Shown in pieces: positions 13,579 through 27,678 of a DNA stretch of 64,000 bases (the first letter of the stretch is position 1; the number at the start of each line of letters is the position of its first letter). A model generated the notes under the pieces. The model was not told the origin of the DNA and did not search any database. It saw only the letters and a list, made by a program, of their open reading frames with translations. The translations under genes and the position numbers were made by a program. Origin of the DNA: Octopus vulgaris (lineage: Eukaryota); NCBI GenBank assembly GCA_951406725.2, contig OX597816.1, positions 34,534,001-34,598,000 on the forward strand, read 5' to 3'.

Positions 13579-14849
13579 GATAGATCCTATATTGTGCTAT
13601 GATATTGCTTTGGTCCTACTGATTCCATTGACTTACTGCCATTTTGTGGACAGGTCATGATTTTTCGCATTTTCGCATTGTTGAACTCATTTCTTTAGAT
13701 CTAAACATTTGCATTTTGAACTGTCTGAACTCTCTTCAATATTTTCATCCATCTTTATGGACTTTTAGTCATTCTCAAGTGATGTATTGCAAATTTGTAT
13801 TTGACACTGTTTGCGCATATATTCTTTTTCCTTTTCTATTGCATTTTTTGTTTGTACATTTTTGTTCTTGCAAATTTGTACATTCTTCCTTCTTGCTACA
13901 GTTATTATTTTTTATTTTTTGTTTTGGCGAGTGGGGGTCGTACGTTTCCTACGCTGGCAATTTACTGATCTGAGGGTAACTACAACAAGTATACGTTCAC
14001 TGTTTGCATGTCTGCGTCTAAATGCCCCCCAAAATCGGCTCATGCTGAGACAGGCAGATAGACAGACAGACAGATATATAGATAGATAAATAAGGAGAGA
14101 GAGAGAGATAAAGGAGATAAGGAGAGAGAGAGAGAAAGAGGGACAGATTAAATGTATGCACACCCACGTACATATGCACGATTATATTTGAATGCTGAAT
14201 GTCGAAGCATAATATATTAACATACTGTTCTGAAAATTTATAAATATTTAGAATAGAGTTATATGCACTATTTTGCTTCAACACTAATCTTTAACTTTTT
14301 GAATTTTCAGTTTCCCTGCCACTAGGCATTTGATCTTCTGATAAAATTATATTCAATTATTTATGAATGAACACAGTGCAACTAGAAACGATGTTTATCA
14401 ATATTCGTTGATAAGTTGATAACACAAAATTAAATGTATAATACTAAGGTATGTGATTACTAACAGCGTTTCAAAATACAGATGCTTAACACCAAAATAA
14501 AAATAAATATTATTGACTTTATTTTTATTATTTTTATTGTTTTCATATTTGCCTTGTTCTAAACAATGAAGAGTGAACGAAGAGCGAACTAAACAAGAGT
14601 GAATGAAATGATGTGCTCAATAATACATTGTGTTTAAAGTAAGAAGGTAAATTATATTTTGCTATCGGCATTTCTACAAGAAAATAACACTTAGCTATCT
14701 GATTCCGTTATGAACTGATCATAATGTTTATCTGACTTTCATGACCAATGAGACGAGTAAAAAAGCTTAGGTAGTGGAACAGAACTAAATTTTAATGTCA
14801 CGTATGATACGAAAACACACACATACATGTGTATAAGGTTACATGTATG

Positions 14850-14891
<42 letters not shown>

Positions 14892-14964
14892 TATATATAC
14901 ATGCATCTATCTAACTATCTCTCTTTCTCTTTCTCTCTCTCTCTCTCAATATATATATATACAC

Positions 14965-17650
14965 ACCCGCAGGATTGACATTACACCATTCTCCCCATAA
15001 GGAGTTACGACCAGAATTTTTGTACCAACAATCCACTAACCAACCACACAAGACAAAACCCGTACAACACAGAATAATTACCAACAACAACCTCCTCCTA
15101 AAACACTGTATCCAAACATGGGATATAGGGACACACTTTTCAATACCATTCCAAGAACCCGCACCATAAATCACAGCAACAAGGCACTCCACAACAACAT
15201 GGAACAGCTACATAACAGCTACAGTCCCAATAACCTCAACCATTTTAGACCCGATACGCAAACACATAGATACGAGATAGCACCGGACAGACAGGAAGAA
15301 TCAAAAGTGATACAAATCATCAATCTAACACACAAAGAATTAATATCAAACCAAATCAACGTACTCTCTAAGGCCTCGAGTTCACATCCACCTCCCAACG
15401 CCCCAAATACTACGAAATGAAAGAAGACGTTGAGGAATTCTGTAGAGAAGTACGAGTCGCTGAGGATCAATACGACAAATACAACGATGACGTATCGTTA
15501 ATCTGAAATAGAAGTAACTACACCCCTTTCTGAACATGTCTGTGAATACATCACGAATTACCCATATCAACATATACACAAACAAAAACGCAAGCCAAAC
15601 TTCAGCTAAAAAGAATGGGCTGAGCTAAACACACTAAAATATGATAAAATTGAAGCAGTTATCGAGGCTGGTCCAACACTACAGTCAATAGAAAATAATT
15701 GGAAACCTAAAAACTGTTAAATCTATACAGAGAAGGGCTCACCGACAAGTAATACAAATATATGATTAGCTTCAACAATACATTGTGTATCCTAAGATAC
15801 ACAAAAATGAGAAAATAAGCAACGCATGCAGGATAGCCACAGACATAATAATCAAGGTCTATACTCTTATGACCTCAAATTAAGACCTATAGTAGCAGGT
15901 CCCGCATGCGAAACTCACCGCCTTAGTAATTTTTTAGATACCCTCTTAGAACCATTCCTCAAGCACAACAAAAGCTACATAAGGGATGACATTAGATTTG
16001 CTCAATCACCTCCCTAAAATAAAAAATAAAAATAAAAATGCCCTACAAGTATATTCCAGTAGTCAAACTCTATTCCAATATGCCACACAACCTAGGAATA
16101 GGGGCAATTCAATTCTGGCTAGAGAACTACGCCAATGAACTCTCACATCGCATCAAAAAACAATTCGTAATACAAGGGCGAAAGTTTATCTTGGAGGATA
16201 ACTTCTGTGTATTAAAAAAAACAACTTATATCGACAAGCATCGGTGACTGCGATGGGTACACGAATAGCCCCCCTCTTTTGCTAACTTATTCATGGCATA
16301 TCTAGAAATCAGGCTTTATCGCAAGGTACTAGAAAAATACGGCAACCCATCCTTCCTCTACATAGAAAATAATTGGATGATATATCTGGATGACTGTTTC
16401 ATTCTTTGGCATGAACGTACAGAGAGGCGTAAATAATTTGAAGCACTTATAAATGGACTTGACATAAACATTCAATTTACGATGAAATATAGCCATCAAC
16501 AATTTCCATTCCTCGACATCCCCATTAAAAAATCCAAAAACAAAAAAAGAAACAGATATATACTACAAGCCCACGGACTCCAAGCAATAGCTACCGTTTA
16601 ACTCATGTCATCTTAAACCCACTAGAATGAAGATCCCCTTGAACCTAGCAAAACCGATTTGTACTATTGTTTCTAATACAACCAAAAAGAACACACGATT
16701 ACATGAACTAAAGTGTACACTCATTACCAGGAACTAAAGTGTACACTCATTACCAGGAACTACCCACTATCACTAATTGATATATGCTTTCAACGTACCC
16801 TGCAACTCAGAATCCACGAACTCAGACATCCCAAACTGAAGAAGGACTTGCGACAAAAAGCCCTAACATACATCTCCACACACAAACAACCCTGAACAAT
16901 GAAACCTTCGACACCCTCCTCCAGAAAGGGACCATAGAATGAACTTAATCCTCTAAACACACCACCATAAAGAGCAAACTACAAACCGAATCTATGAAAT
17001 GTCCCCTAACAAAAGCCCTGATACACTCAGCAACAATACTGAAACAGTCATTAATAAAATGTGGAAGACCTAACTGTGGTGTATGCGTGAACCTAATTGA
17101 GGAATCGGGGTTCAATTTCAAACAGGGTCAACGTTTTACAGTAAACAACAACTTCAGATATGCTTCGAAAACCCTACTATCTGTACTGACTTGCTCACGG
17201 TGTCGAGAGCAATACATAGGCCCAACCAAAAACAGTCTGCGTCAAAGGATGACTCTGCATGGCTCCCGGGAATACAGAGAAAGAACATTCAGCAAACACT
17301 TCGACATTTACACGAGTAACGAATAACCCAGCTTCAGAATTTTCCCCTCTATAAATTCAGGGACAATGAAAACTATAATCAGGGTATTATCACAAATTAT
17401 ATACCGTTTTGAATGCGTCCAACACAAACGACACTATTACAAGGACCTTAGCATAATACCCAGGCAAATATGAAAAACGATATATTCAGAACAGTCACTA
17501 CCCGTGATGCTATTCAGAACAATTCCAATCACTACTATTATAACCACAATAGGTCACTTTTACGTCACTTGACCATTTCAGAGAAATCCACCAACATCCT
17601 AATACTGTCCCGTATTTTCGTATTCTTTCTCTTCCTCAGTTCTATATTCA
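14965..17650 (+). mobile_element. Near full-length decayed Penelope-like element (RT + Cys-rich linker + GIY-YIG; Neptune-like by inference)
   Basis: Frameshifted remnants occur in the expected order: YPKIHK, LRPIVAGPACETHRLSNFLD, VVKLYSNMPHNLG, TAMGTRIAP, YLDDCF, FPFLDI, TDIYYKPTDSKQ, CGRPNCGVC, LTCSRCREQYIGPTKNSLRQRMTLH. A 3' UTR-like region follows. Confidence 0.93.
16705..16756 (+). repeat. Perfect 26-bp tandem duplication inside the PLE
   Basis: GAACTAAAGTGTACACTCATTACCAG occurs twice (16705-16730 and 16731-16756) and shifts the reading frame. Confidence 0.95.
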
Positions 17651-17651
17651 A

Positions 17652-17847
17652 GAGTTTAGGAATTATGAACATTATTTACGTTATTCACTTTTGACGGATA
17701 TTTGTCCTCATCTTGTTTGTTGTAAACACGTCACAGCTAATATACCCTGCAGCCTTTTTCAGGTGTCTTGGAGAAATTTCGAACCTGGGTTCTCATTCCC
17801 AAGGTATTTTTGGATGTTGTTATTTTTATTATTATTAGTAGTAGTAA

Positions 17848-17889
<42 letters not shown>

Positions 17890-17975
17890 CAGTAGTCAGG
17901 TAACTGCCTGGAATCGAACTCGGGATCTTGGGGTTAGTAGCCCGCGCTCTTAACCACTGGGCCATTGCGCCTCCA
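17652..17975 (-). mobile_element. tRNA-derived SINE (family C) with internal trinucleotide microsatellite and degenerate hammerhead-like 3' part
   Basis: Minus strand head GGAGGCGCAATGGCCCAGTGGTTAAGAGCGCGGGCTACTAACCCCAAGATCCCGAGTTCGATTCCAGG has both A and B boxes. It is followed by (ACT)n/(AAT)n, then ACAC-CTGAAAA-AGGCTG..TAGCT-GTGAC-GTGT. Confidence 0.85.
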
Positions 17976-17986
17976 CACACACACAC

Positions 17987-18115
<129 letters not shown>

Positions 18116-18197
18116 TATCTGAGTCAGAGATTAAAATAACCGTCTGAGGGATAGAAGTATCCAATATACTACCATTCATAGAATAGCAGTATATTGC

Positions 18198-18335
18198 TTA
18201 CGGCGGTCCGGTCATGTGGCCCGGTGTCCAGAGGGTGAGTTGAATGTCGATATACTCCTCCTACCTCCACTTCCCAGCTGGTGCAAACGAACGGGCGGGC
18301 AGCTGAAGACCTGGGCAATGGCGATAAAAACATAA
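18198..18335 (+). mobile_element. RTE-clade LINE C-terminal fragment
   Basis: Translates LRRSGHVARCPEGELNVDILLLPPLPSWCKRTGGQLKTWAMAIK, matching the RTE LRWxGHVxR...RxGGQxKTW tail. Confidence 0.8.
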
Positions 18336-19425
18336 TAACAAGGCTTGGCGTCGATTCTTGCGACTAACGTTAACAAAGTGGCCGATGTGATCGCCGATGT
18401 GATTTTATGAGAGAAATTTGTAATACACATACACACACACACGCACACATGAACACACACAAGCGCACACGCACACACACACAGAAAAGAAAGAAATAAT
18501 GAACAAACAAGACTTCTGGCATCACTTTTGAGCGTGTAAATCATAATTCAAAGATAATTGTTGTTAGAGTAAATAACCAATGGAAATTATTAAATATCAA
18601 CGGGAAACTTTGTTCAGTGATGTATGCATTATATACGCAGCTGTTCCATAATGAGATGTAAGACACTTTATTCATAACTTTTTAATCATTTGTTTATTTT
18701 ATCATCTGTGTAATTATACTTCAATTATTGATACGAGATATTTTGCAAACTTTCTTTCTTTATAATATGTATCTATCCACTCAATGGTGAACCACTTCTA
18801 CCCATTCATTGCCTAGCAGCTGCAACACCATTTTTATTTCAGTCGCATTTCTAGTGGGAGGTTTTTCTGGTAAACCCACCAGCGAATTTATTGTGTATAC
18901 ATATTACATTACGTCATTACACTCAATTTTATCTGTTCTCCCGTTCACACATTTTCTCTCCCTGTGCACCTCTTCCCCCCCTCTCTCTCTCTATCTTTGC
19001 ATATACAGCTTCCGTCATCTGGAATTTTCATGGACTAGTTCAACTCAGCAAATGTTCGGAAAATGCTGGAAAGAATTTTCAAATTATTTGGAATGCATTG
19101 TACATATTTGCTCCATAATTTTTCAGTTAATCCTTTCATATCTCGTGGTTGTTAATGGTATGTAAGCAACCATGGCTTTTTATTGTTAGTTACGTGTTAA
19201 GCAAACATTTTGCTTACGGTGTGCTGGCGTCATTTTATATATATTGAATGTCACTACATATTTAAATTAGATACCACCCATGAAGGAAAAGGACGACTTT
19301 TGCCGTATTTTAGGGAAAACTTTCATTTCGTATTCTATCAGTAACGTTTACCGAACTGGTAGGTTACGGATATGTAAACACACCAACGTAGGTGTCAAGT
19401 CACGATGGGGGGGGGGCAGACACAC

Positions 19426-19474
<49 letters not shown>

Positions 19475-19621
19475 TAAAATTATAACTTAGGGTATCTACG
19501 ATATACCACCATGCTGAAAATAGCAGCCAGGATCTGACTCTAAAACCACAGTAAATGTTCATATAGCACGAGGAGAGACGACAGAAAGACAAAATAAATC
19601 TAGTAAAAAATTACTGGATAA

Positions 19622-19678
19622 TTCCAGATCCTGGATTTCTGTCTTTGCATTTAGAATTTCTTTGCCTCATCAGTGGAA
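19622..19678 (-). ncRNA. Type I hammerhead ribozyme motif
   Basis: Minus strand TTCCA-CTGATGA-(27 nt)-GAAA-TCCAGG-ATC-TGGAA. The core is intact, stem I is a perfect 5 bp, stem III is ATCC-A-GGAT and the cleavage triplet is AUC. Stem II pairing is poor. Confidence 0.7.
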
Positions 19679-19874
19679 TATAGGACGAGAGAAACATAAA
19701 TACATATATATATATATATAGAAATACAACATATGAATATTTACATATGCGAACGTATACATACATATTTATACACGTATGCATCATGACTAGTTTAAAA
19801 TGCCCGCTTGTTAACTCCATGAGCGATATGGTTAAATCATCACTGCACTAAATACAATAATGAAACAAATTTAA

Positions 19875-19911
<37 letters not shown>

Positions 19912-19914
<3 letters not shown>

Positions 19915-20074
19915 GAGGACTTTTTTTAGTTTCCGTCTACCAAATCCTCTCAGAAGGCTTTGCTCGGCTCGAGGCTGTAATAGAAGATACTTGCCCAAAG
20001 TGCCACGCATTGGGACTGAACCCAGAACTGTGTTGTTGGGAAGCAAGCTTCTTACCATGCATCTACTCCCGCGA
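19912..20074 (-). mobile_element. SINE family A, 5' half
   Basis: Matches the head region of 48820-48990 (CCACGCATTGGGACTGAACCC, TTTCCGTCTACCAAATCC). Confidence 0.85.
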
Positions 20075-20299
20075 CTATCATCGTGTTACAAATAAGTACA
20101 CACGAAGAAAATTATATGGTTATAATTTCTACGGTGACAATAATCTTCTATAGTCTGGTATAATGTGTGGGACAGATAGGCCTACGATTTTTCATGCGGA
20201 TTATTAGCGCCCAATGGTTGACGTTCATAAACTGATCCAAGTGGATCTTGAACCTTCCTCTACAAACCGTAAAGTTCAAACGGTAGAAAGCTTGTTACA

Positions 20300-20740
20300 T
20301 ATTGTTGCGCGAGTTTAACGTCTCATAACGTGGAACAATCAATGCTAAACTAGAGAGGACGCTGTGCGATGTATGGTAAAACACCGTATAGATATATTGG
20401 GTAAATCACGCTCAAGATGTTTTTGAATAGATAGGGTCTCGCAAATCAACATTCCGTTATCCCCCATCAACATAGTAAGGAATTAAGTGAAAGTAAAAAT
20501 GTCAAGAATCATACAGCATTAAATTGCTCACTTTTTAAGCGTTCTTTGAATGCACATCTTGATCCGATGGCAGTGTAAGTGCAACACATCGCAATCGTGT
20601 CTGAACAACCGATAACCTGCATAGGCAGAGATCCTAGAACTGGAAATTCAATGCCTCTTATTCGGCGCTCAAAGACTTCACTGTTCTATTTAAGGTGTTC
20701 GCTGTAGTAATCACCAGTGATGGTGGCTTTCACTGAACAA
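20300..20740 (+). mobile_element. Highly decayed LINE (probably RTE) AP-endonuclease remnant
   Basis: Weak peptide remnants (ASLTSHNV, ASYSALKD, VVITSDG) fall in the order expected for an APE N-terminus. Confidence 0.3.
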
Positions 20741-20928
20741 AGAGATTAGATGAATCGGAAAGGAATATTAAGGAAATAACGATGGAAAATTATATAGTTT
20801 TGAATTAACATCTTAGGAAAAGGCAAGTGGTGGAAATAGCACCTGCACGCCACACGAAGCCGTAGTGTTAAATAATCTCTCTCTTTCTCTCTCTCTCTCT
20901 GTATATATATATATATTTATATGTGTAT

Positions 20929-20959
<31 letters not shown>

Positions 20960-21047
20960 CACATATATATATATATACACATATAAATATATATATGTGT
21001 GCATATATATGTATGTATATATTTGTGTATATATATACATATGTATA

Positions 21048-21265
21048 CAGGTGTTGGACAAAATAGTGGAAACACCTAACATCATAGCATAATAATTATC
21101 AAATATAAAACCGTCAAAACCTGAATTATTTCTCTGTTCTTTGCTTCATACTCTATGGCATCAAAACAGGTATCTGCAGCAAAGTAAGCCGGAAATATCA
21201 CACCTTTCCTCTATGGAAATGATAACTTAAAGGTCTTCACATTTCCACAATAGTTTTGACAGTTT
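21048..21265. mobile_element. Tc1-like TIR-bearing fragment
   Basis: ta|CAGGTGTTGGACAAAATAGTGGAAACACC resembles a Tc1-family TIR. The partner end is only weakly recognisable (TTTCCACAATAGTTTTGACA). Confidence 0.4.
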
Positions 21266-21329
21266 CGCTTGCAAAACATCCTTCTCCCAGATTCACCTTA
21301 ATCTGTGCGATTACATGTCGTCACTGAGT

Positions 21330-22253
<924 letters not shown>

Positions 22254-22697
22254 CATACATACAAAAATACATCATGTATGTATATCTATCTATTTACCTA
22301 TATGTGAATTTATCTATATATGTAAACATACATACACACGCAAACATGCGCACACGCACGCATACATCCACACACACACACTCACACACACACACACACA
22401 CACACATACAAACACGCACGTTCACATATATTGCGACTTAAAGTTAAGAAATATTGCTATAGAAAACTAGCTCATTCAGGAACAGATTACCGAATGAAAT
22501 GATACAGAATATCTAAAGCTGCTGCAGGAGACTAGACTGCTCTTGGTCAAAGTGGAACTAGTGGTACTGTTAGGAGTGAGATCAAATTTCAGCGATATGA
22601 GATGCATTAGAAACGATACGTAATTAAACTGCGTGGGGAAGTGGTGTATGGTCGGCCTTTGAAGCGGTGGATGTGACAGAAACATAGCTGGCTTGGG

Positions 22698-23119
22698 AAG
22701 GCGGCGAGCTGGCAGAAACGTTACCACGCTGGGCGAAATGCTTTGCGGTATTTCGTCTACCGCTACATTCTGAGTTCAAATTCCGCCGAGGTCGACTTTG
22801 TCTTTCATCCTCTTGGGGTCGATTAAATAAATAACAGTTACGCACTGGGGTCGATGTAATCGACCTAATCCGTTTGTCTGTCCTATTTTGTCCCCTCTGT
22901 GTTTAGCCCCTTGTGGGCAGTAAAGAAATAGAAATAGTTATTTCGTCTGCCGTTACGTTCAGAGTTCAAATTTCGCCGAGGTAGACTTTGCCTTTCCTCC
23001 TTTCGGGGTCGATAAATTAAGTACCAATTACGCACTGGTGTCGATGTGATCGACTTAATCCCTTTGTCTGTCCTTGTTTATCCCCTCTATGTTTAGCCCC
23101 TTGTGGACAATAAAGAATA
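22698..23119 (+). mobile_element. Tandem-dimer tRNA-derived SINE (family B) with ~20-bp TSD
   Basis: Head GGCGGCGAGCTGGCAGAAACG...GAGTTCAAATTCC and central TTTCATCCT..GGGGTCGAT. A second, 5'-truncated monomer starts at ~22938. AGAAACATAGCTGGCnTGGG flanks it at 22678-22697 and 23120-23139. Confidence 0.9.
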
Positions 23120-23399
23120 AGAAACATAGCTGGCGTGGGGTGTCAGAAGTATGGTTGTCAGTGAATGTGGGTGTCTGATAGCTACGCGTATGACAGTTAT
23201 ACCGGTGTGTGTTTGACAGTGTGCAAGCTGCCCTGTGGGAGAGACATGGCATGTGTATGTGAGCTGAAGGCATTATCTCGTTGATGCATATGTGCATGTC
23301 TGGTAGGGTGTGTGTATGTCTGGGCACAGGTGCGAATCATTCGTGAGTGTTCAAGTAGGAAGATATCTAGGTGTAGGTTAACATATATGCAGAAACCCA

Positions 23400-24060
23400 C
23401 AACCGCTATTCGCCACCCCCTCACCTGAAGAGTACCACAAAGAGAAAGATTGTCTAGTTCAACCCTGCATTTAATCCAAATGTTTTCACGGACCTAGCCA
23501 AGGTTTTCTGTTGTTGATGAAGAAACTTTTCCCCAGAGGCCACAAACTCTATAAACGCTTCAAACTTCATATCATAAAGAGGAGCGACGCCTGCTTCGAT
23601 AACATCGCTTCTAAAATTGCACGCTACAATTGATGCAAAACAAATGCACCCGTACAACCTCCAAAGTAAATTGGAACTCTCGAAATTCTACTAGCTGCCC
23701 TCTAGGAGGATGCCCCCACTCAAAGACTGTTATGAACAGAGCTACGTTCACACCATCAGATAGCGTCTCAAAGTATTACACTTCCATGAGTGTAAATGAC
23801 ATCAAATGAGGGGACATACAGCATAAGCATTGGATTAGATTCAGGGCAAGAGAATTCCAGCACTGTCTCTCCTTTTCTCTCGAGACACCGCAACCTGCGG
23901 AAGGAAACGCCGTCGACGAATGGACCAGAATCGACAGAGCCTCATCTTTCTCATCAATCTCCCGACAGTGCCAGCCTGTCTCCCCAAGAAAATGTGTATT
24001 CTTCACTAACTAGCAGTATGTAGCAACAGGAAATACATATATTTATGCTGCCATGAATGT
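23400..24060 (+). mobile_element. Decayed PLE linker + GIY-YIG endonuclease fragment
   Basis: RKIV*FNPAFNPNVFTDLAK (cf. IWFNPPF), KLFPRGHKLYKRF, NSTSCPLGGC, KYYTSMS...QHKH and EWTRIDRASSFSSISRQC. This is the same PLE type as 7570-8400. Confidence 0.85.
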
Positions 24061-25356
24061 TAAGCCATCATCCTGAACTTCAAACTACTGGCTGTCAACA
24101 TATTTAACATAGGTTGCACTTCAACACTGGCTGCCCCACAACCAAATGACAGGGATCCTGGTCCCCAATGCCTATGCAGAGTACAGACCGACCGCCGAAA
24201 TTACACATCCCCTGTGATCCATTAGATTCGCCTATATAAATGTAGCTGTTTGCATACAAACGCACATATACACACATATGTACTTAGGTATTTTCAGCAA
24301 TATATTTCAATTTCTATATCACGACCGATACAGGATTTAAACTCACAGACATATCATACGGTGCATCCTGAGCATTGGGAGATAGGTACAATGTTAATGA
24401 TTCATATCATGAAATAGTATTGATATGATGTCAGTTTACACCGACAAGATTGCTATGTTACCTGTCACGGGGCACTGAATTTTGGGTTCAGATTTCGGCT
24501 CCATTCCAACAAGTTTGTACTTTATATATTGCCAAAGATCGGAAGAAAGTAAATTTAACTCGAAGGTAGTTTAGACCACCGCTGTGCAATGAGTAAATGT
24601 AAATGGAACCTTCTAGACTGCAATTTGAACTCAGGATATTAATGTCCAAAATTAACATCATAGCATTTATTTCACGTTCTAAAGATTCTGCCAGTTCGTT
24701 GAGCTGCTGTTACACACATGCTAATAGTGAAAGTCTTTCTAATGTTCGTTCATACCTCTTCCTACCTTTCAGTTTAAATTGTCATATGACATATCTTTAC
24801 GCTTAATTCATTTAGCATTAATCGGATTTATATAGCCACATTTATTAATTTTATTGATTACTTTATCCTCACCCAGAAAGCTAAATTGTTATTAAGGTTT
24901 ATTTCTAGATGTCATTTCCTCAAGCCAAAGACATAGGTAATTAAAATGTAGCGTGACCTTCTGGTTGAAGGGATTTAGACGAGGCAATCAATTCCGATAT
25001 TTTATTGAAATTTACAGTTCTAGTGCGTGGAAGAATGAAGACAGAGGATATTATTAGTTTCATTCGAACACACGGCAATATTTTCAGGTAGCTAAATATT
25101 ACAGTGTACCTTAACTGCTTATACCACGCTCCACATTTGTTTCTCCGTAAATGTGACAGAACTAACAAGCACGGTTTTTGCAACTTGCTGAACATTTTAA
25201 CTTAAAAATCATTCTATGTCTGGAATAGACAGCTAAGTCACATTTTAGTAATTCATATTAACAAAAAGTATTCGTGAAATAATGCGTTTTACTTTACAGA
25301 GATTTCGAATTATTTTTGCAATAGTTTATTTGAATAGAGACATCTACAGTCATGTA

Positions 25357-25413
<57 letters not shown>

Positions 25414-25474
25414 GTGCGCGGGTATATACATGTGGGTTTATGAGTTTTTGTGTACATATATATATGTAAACAAA

Positions 25475-25515
<41 letters not shown>

Positions 25516-26274
25516 GTCATAGATAGGTAGTTTAGAAAAAAGGGGCGAGAAAGAGGGGAAAATCAAATGTATATTGTGAATCAGAATTGTTAAAGTGCAA
25601 GTTAGCCAAGCGTTTCACACTATGAACGTGTAGCTCTTAACTAAGCCGGGAATTGGGAAGAAATAATTGGCATGGCACCAGCTGCAAATATTACCTTATA
25701 TTTTTTCAATCGAAACATTTCTATGCTCACAGGAAGCTATCGCAAAACTTTGGACACATTTTAGGAAAAATATTATAATGTAAAATGAGTTGAGTGCTTG
25801 TTAATAACAGTTAATTAAAAGTGCAACCATTGTCATTTAAGAGATATTATCTTCATACATTCTTCATAATCATCTGTCGGATACTTTAATATAAATGCAG
25901 GAATTATTAATGAACTAATCACCTCACTATTGAACACAAGCCATGGATAAATACATATGACTGTAAATAGCATTAGGATCATTTGTTTCATTCTTGTTCA
26001 TTTTAAATAATTCTCTTAACATATTAACACCCATGGCATATCTTAATGTATTTATACGCCTGTGTACTAGTTATAGATCGTACATACATAACTTGTAGAC
26101 ACCCTACTTAATGTGTATGCATATACATATCTGTGGGCATATCTACGTATACACACACACACTTACACATGTAGACACACATTCATGTGCACACACAAAC
26201 AAATACACGCGCATATACACACACACGCAAAGAAATACACGCACATACACACACGCATATATATATATAGAGAG

Positions 26275-26275
<1 letters not shown>

Positions 26276-26334
<59 letters not shown>
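26276..26334. repeat. (GATA)n microsatellite
   Basis: Directly visible. Confidence 0.95.
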
Positions 26335-26335
<1 letters not shown>

Positions 26336-27419
26336 TGCATATAGGTTCTCACACATGCGCATGGATATACACACACACAAACACAAACACAGACACATAT
26401 ATATGTACACAGTCAAATACATATACAAACACAATCCTTATGTGCCGTGCGCAATATCTCCCCTGCTTACAGTTCTGGTCCAGTAAAACCATTTATAATT
26501 ATTGTTTGAATATGGCATCGCTATTTTTAGATAGGTTTTATAAGTTTGTGCAATCACCTGTATTTTCATTATGACACACGCAGTACGTGAGATGCCTACC
26601 AAGGCTCAGTGATCATACGAACACTTATATACGCACTGCTAGATGGCCGTTGACTTACATCGGCCATTGTATGGATATTTTTTCTTGAAATAATGTGTCG
26701 TAATACTAGTCTCTTCACCAAGCATATTTTGCAGGCTTTCATGTTTAGATTTGACAAACCAACCAGTACTATATTTTCCTTTAATCTAATTACAGCACAT
26801 ATTCTCAAAAATCGCAGGCTCGCTAGACACTCCCACAAGACCAACACAGTAATGTAAGGAGTAACTATACCACTGATGACCTCCATCTTGTCAGTTCTCA
26901 CCTCACCATCACTGCTTGGTCAAAGACATCTACCTGAAAAATTTATATCACTATTATTAGTACTCTAGTTGTAAATATTCTTTCAACCATCTCCATCACT
27001 ACTAGACCACTGTAATAACTATAATTTTTACTTTGACTGTCACCCAGAATTTCACCATTACACTCACTATCACAATTTTCATCATATTCATAGCAATGTT
27101 TATCAAGACACCCGGTATATGCTGCGGAGAATTAGTGGATGGGCACATCGTGGAAACGCAAGTATGTTTTCAACACTTTGATGTAATTAAAGCGGTACAG
27201 AAATTTAACTTATTCTCTGAAACTTGGTGAGGATAATAAAACAAATTCAAAAAGAAAACTGTATTTATAACTTTACTCCATAAGGAAAATGAGTAAATAT
27301 AAAATTTTACCTGGTCCTGAAATTCTTACATACAGCGTCATTAGTCCAAACTACGACCAGATAGCCAAGCGAAAACAAAGATTAATGTACGAATATTTAC
27401 ACATGTAAACATTTACATA

Positions 27420-27491
27420 TTATTATTATCATTATTATTATCATTATTATTATTATTAGTATTACTATTATTATTATTAGTAGTAGTAGTT

Positions 27492-27534
<43 letters not shown>

Positions 27535-27678
27535 CAGTAGTAGTAGCAGCAGCAGCAATAGTAGTAGCTGTAGTAGTAGTAGTAACAGCAGCAGTAGTAG
27601 TAGGATTGTTGTTGTTTTTATTTTTATTATTATTATTATCATCATCGTGATAATGATGATCATCATCATGATCATCAT
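27420..27678. repeat. Compound trinucleotide microsatellite (ATT/AGT/AGC/ATC)
   Basis: Directly visible. It explains the poly-I/L ORF 27397-27678. Confidence 0.95.

Noticed and set aside
17905-17975. Possible tRNA gene
   Set aside because: A and B boxes are present but the acceptor stem does not close, and it continues into a SINE body.
23421-23458. CTGAAGA...GAAAGATTGTC hammerhead-like string
   Set aside because: There is no stem I or II pairing, and it is explained as PLE coding sequence (KRKIV*FNP).
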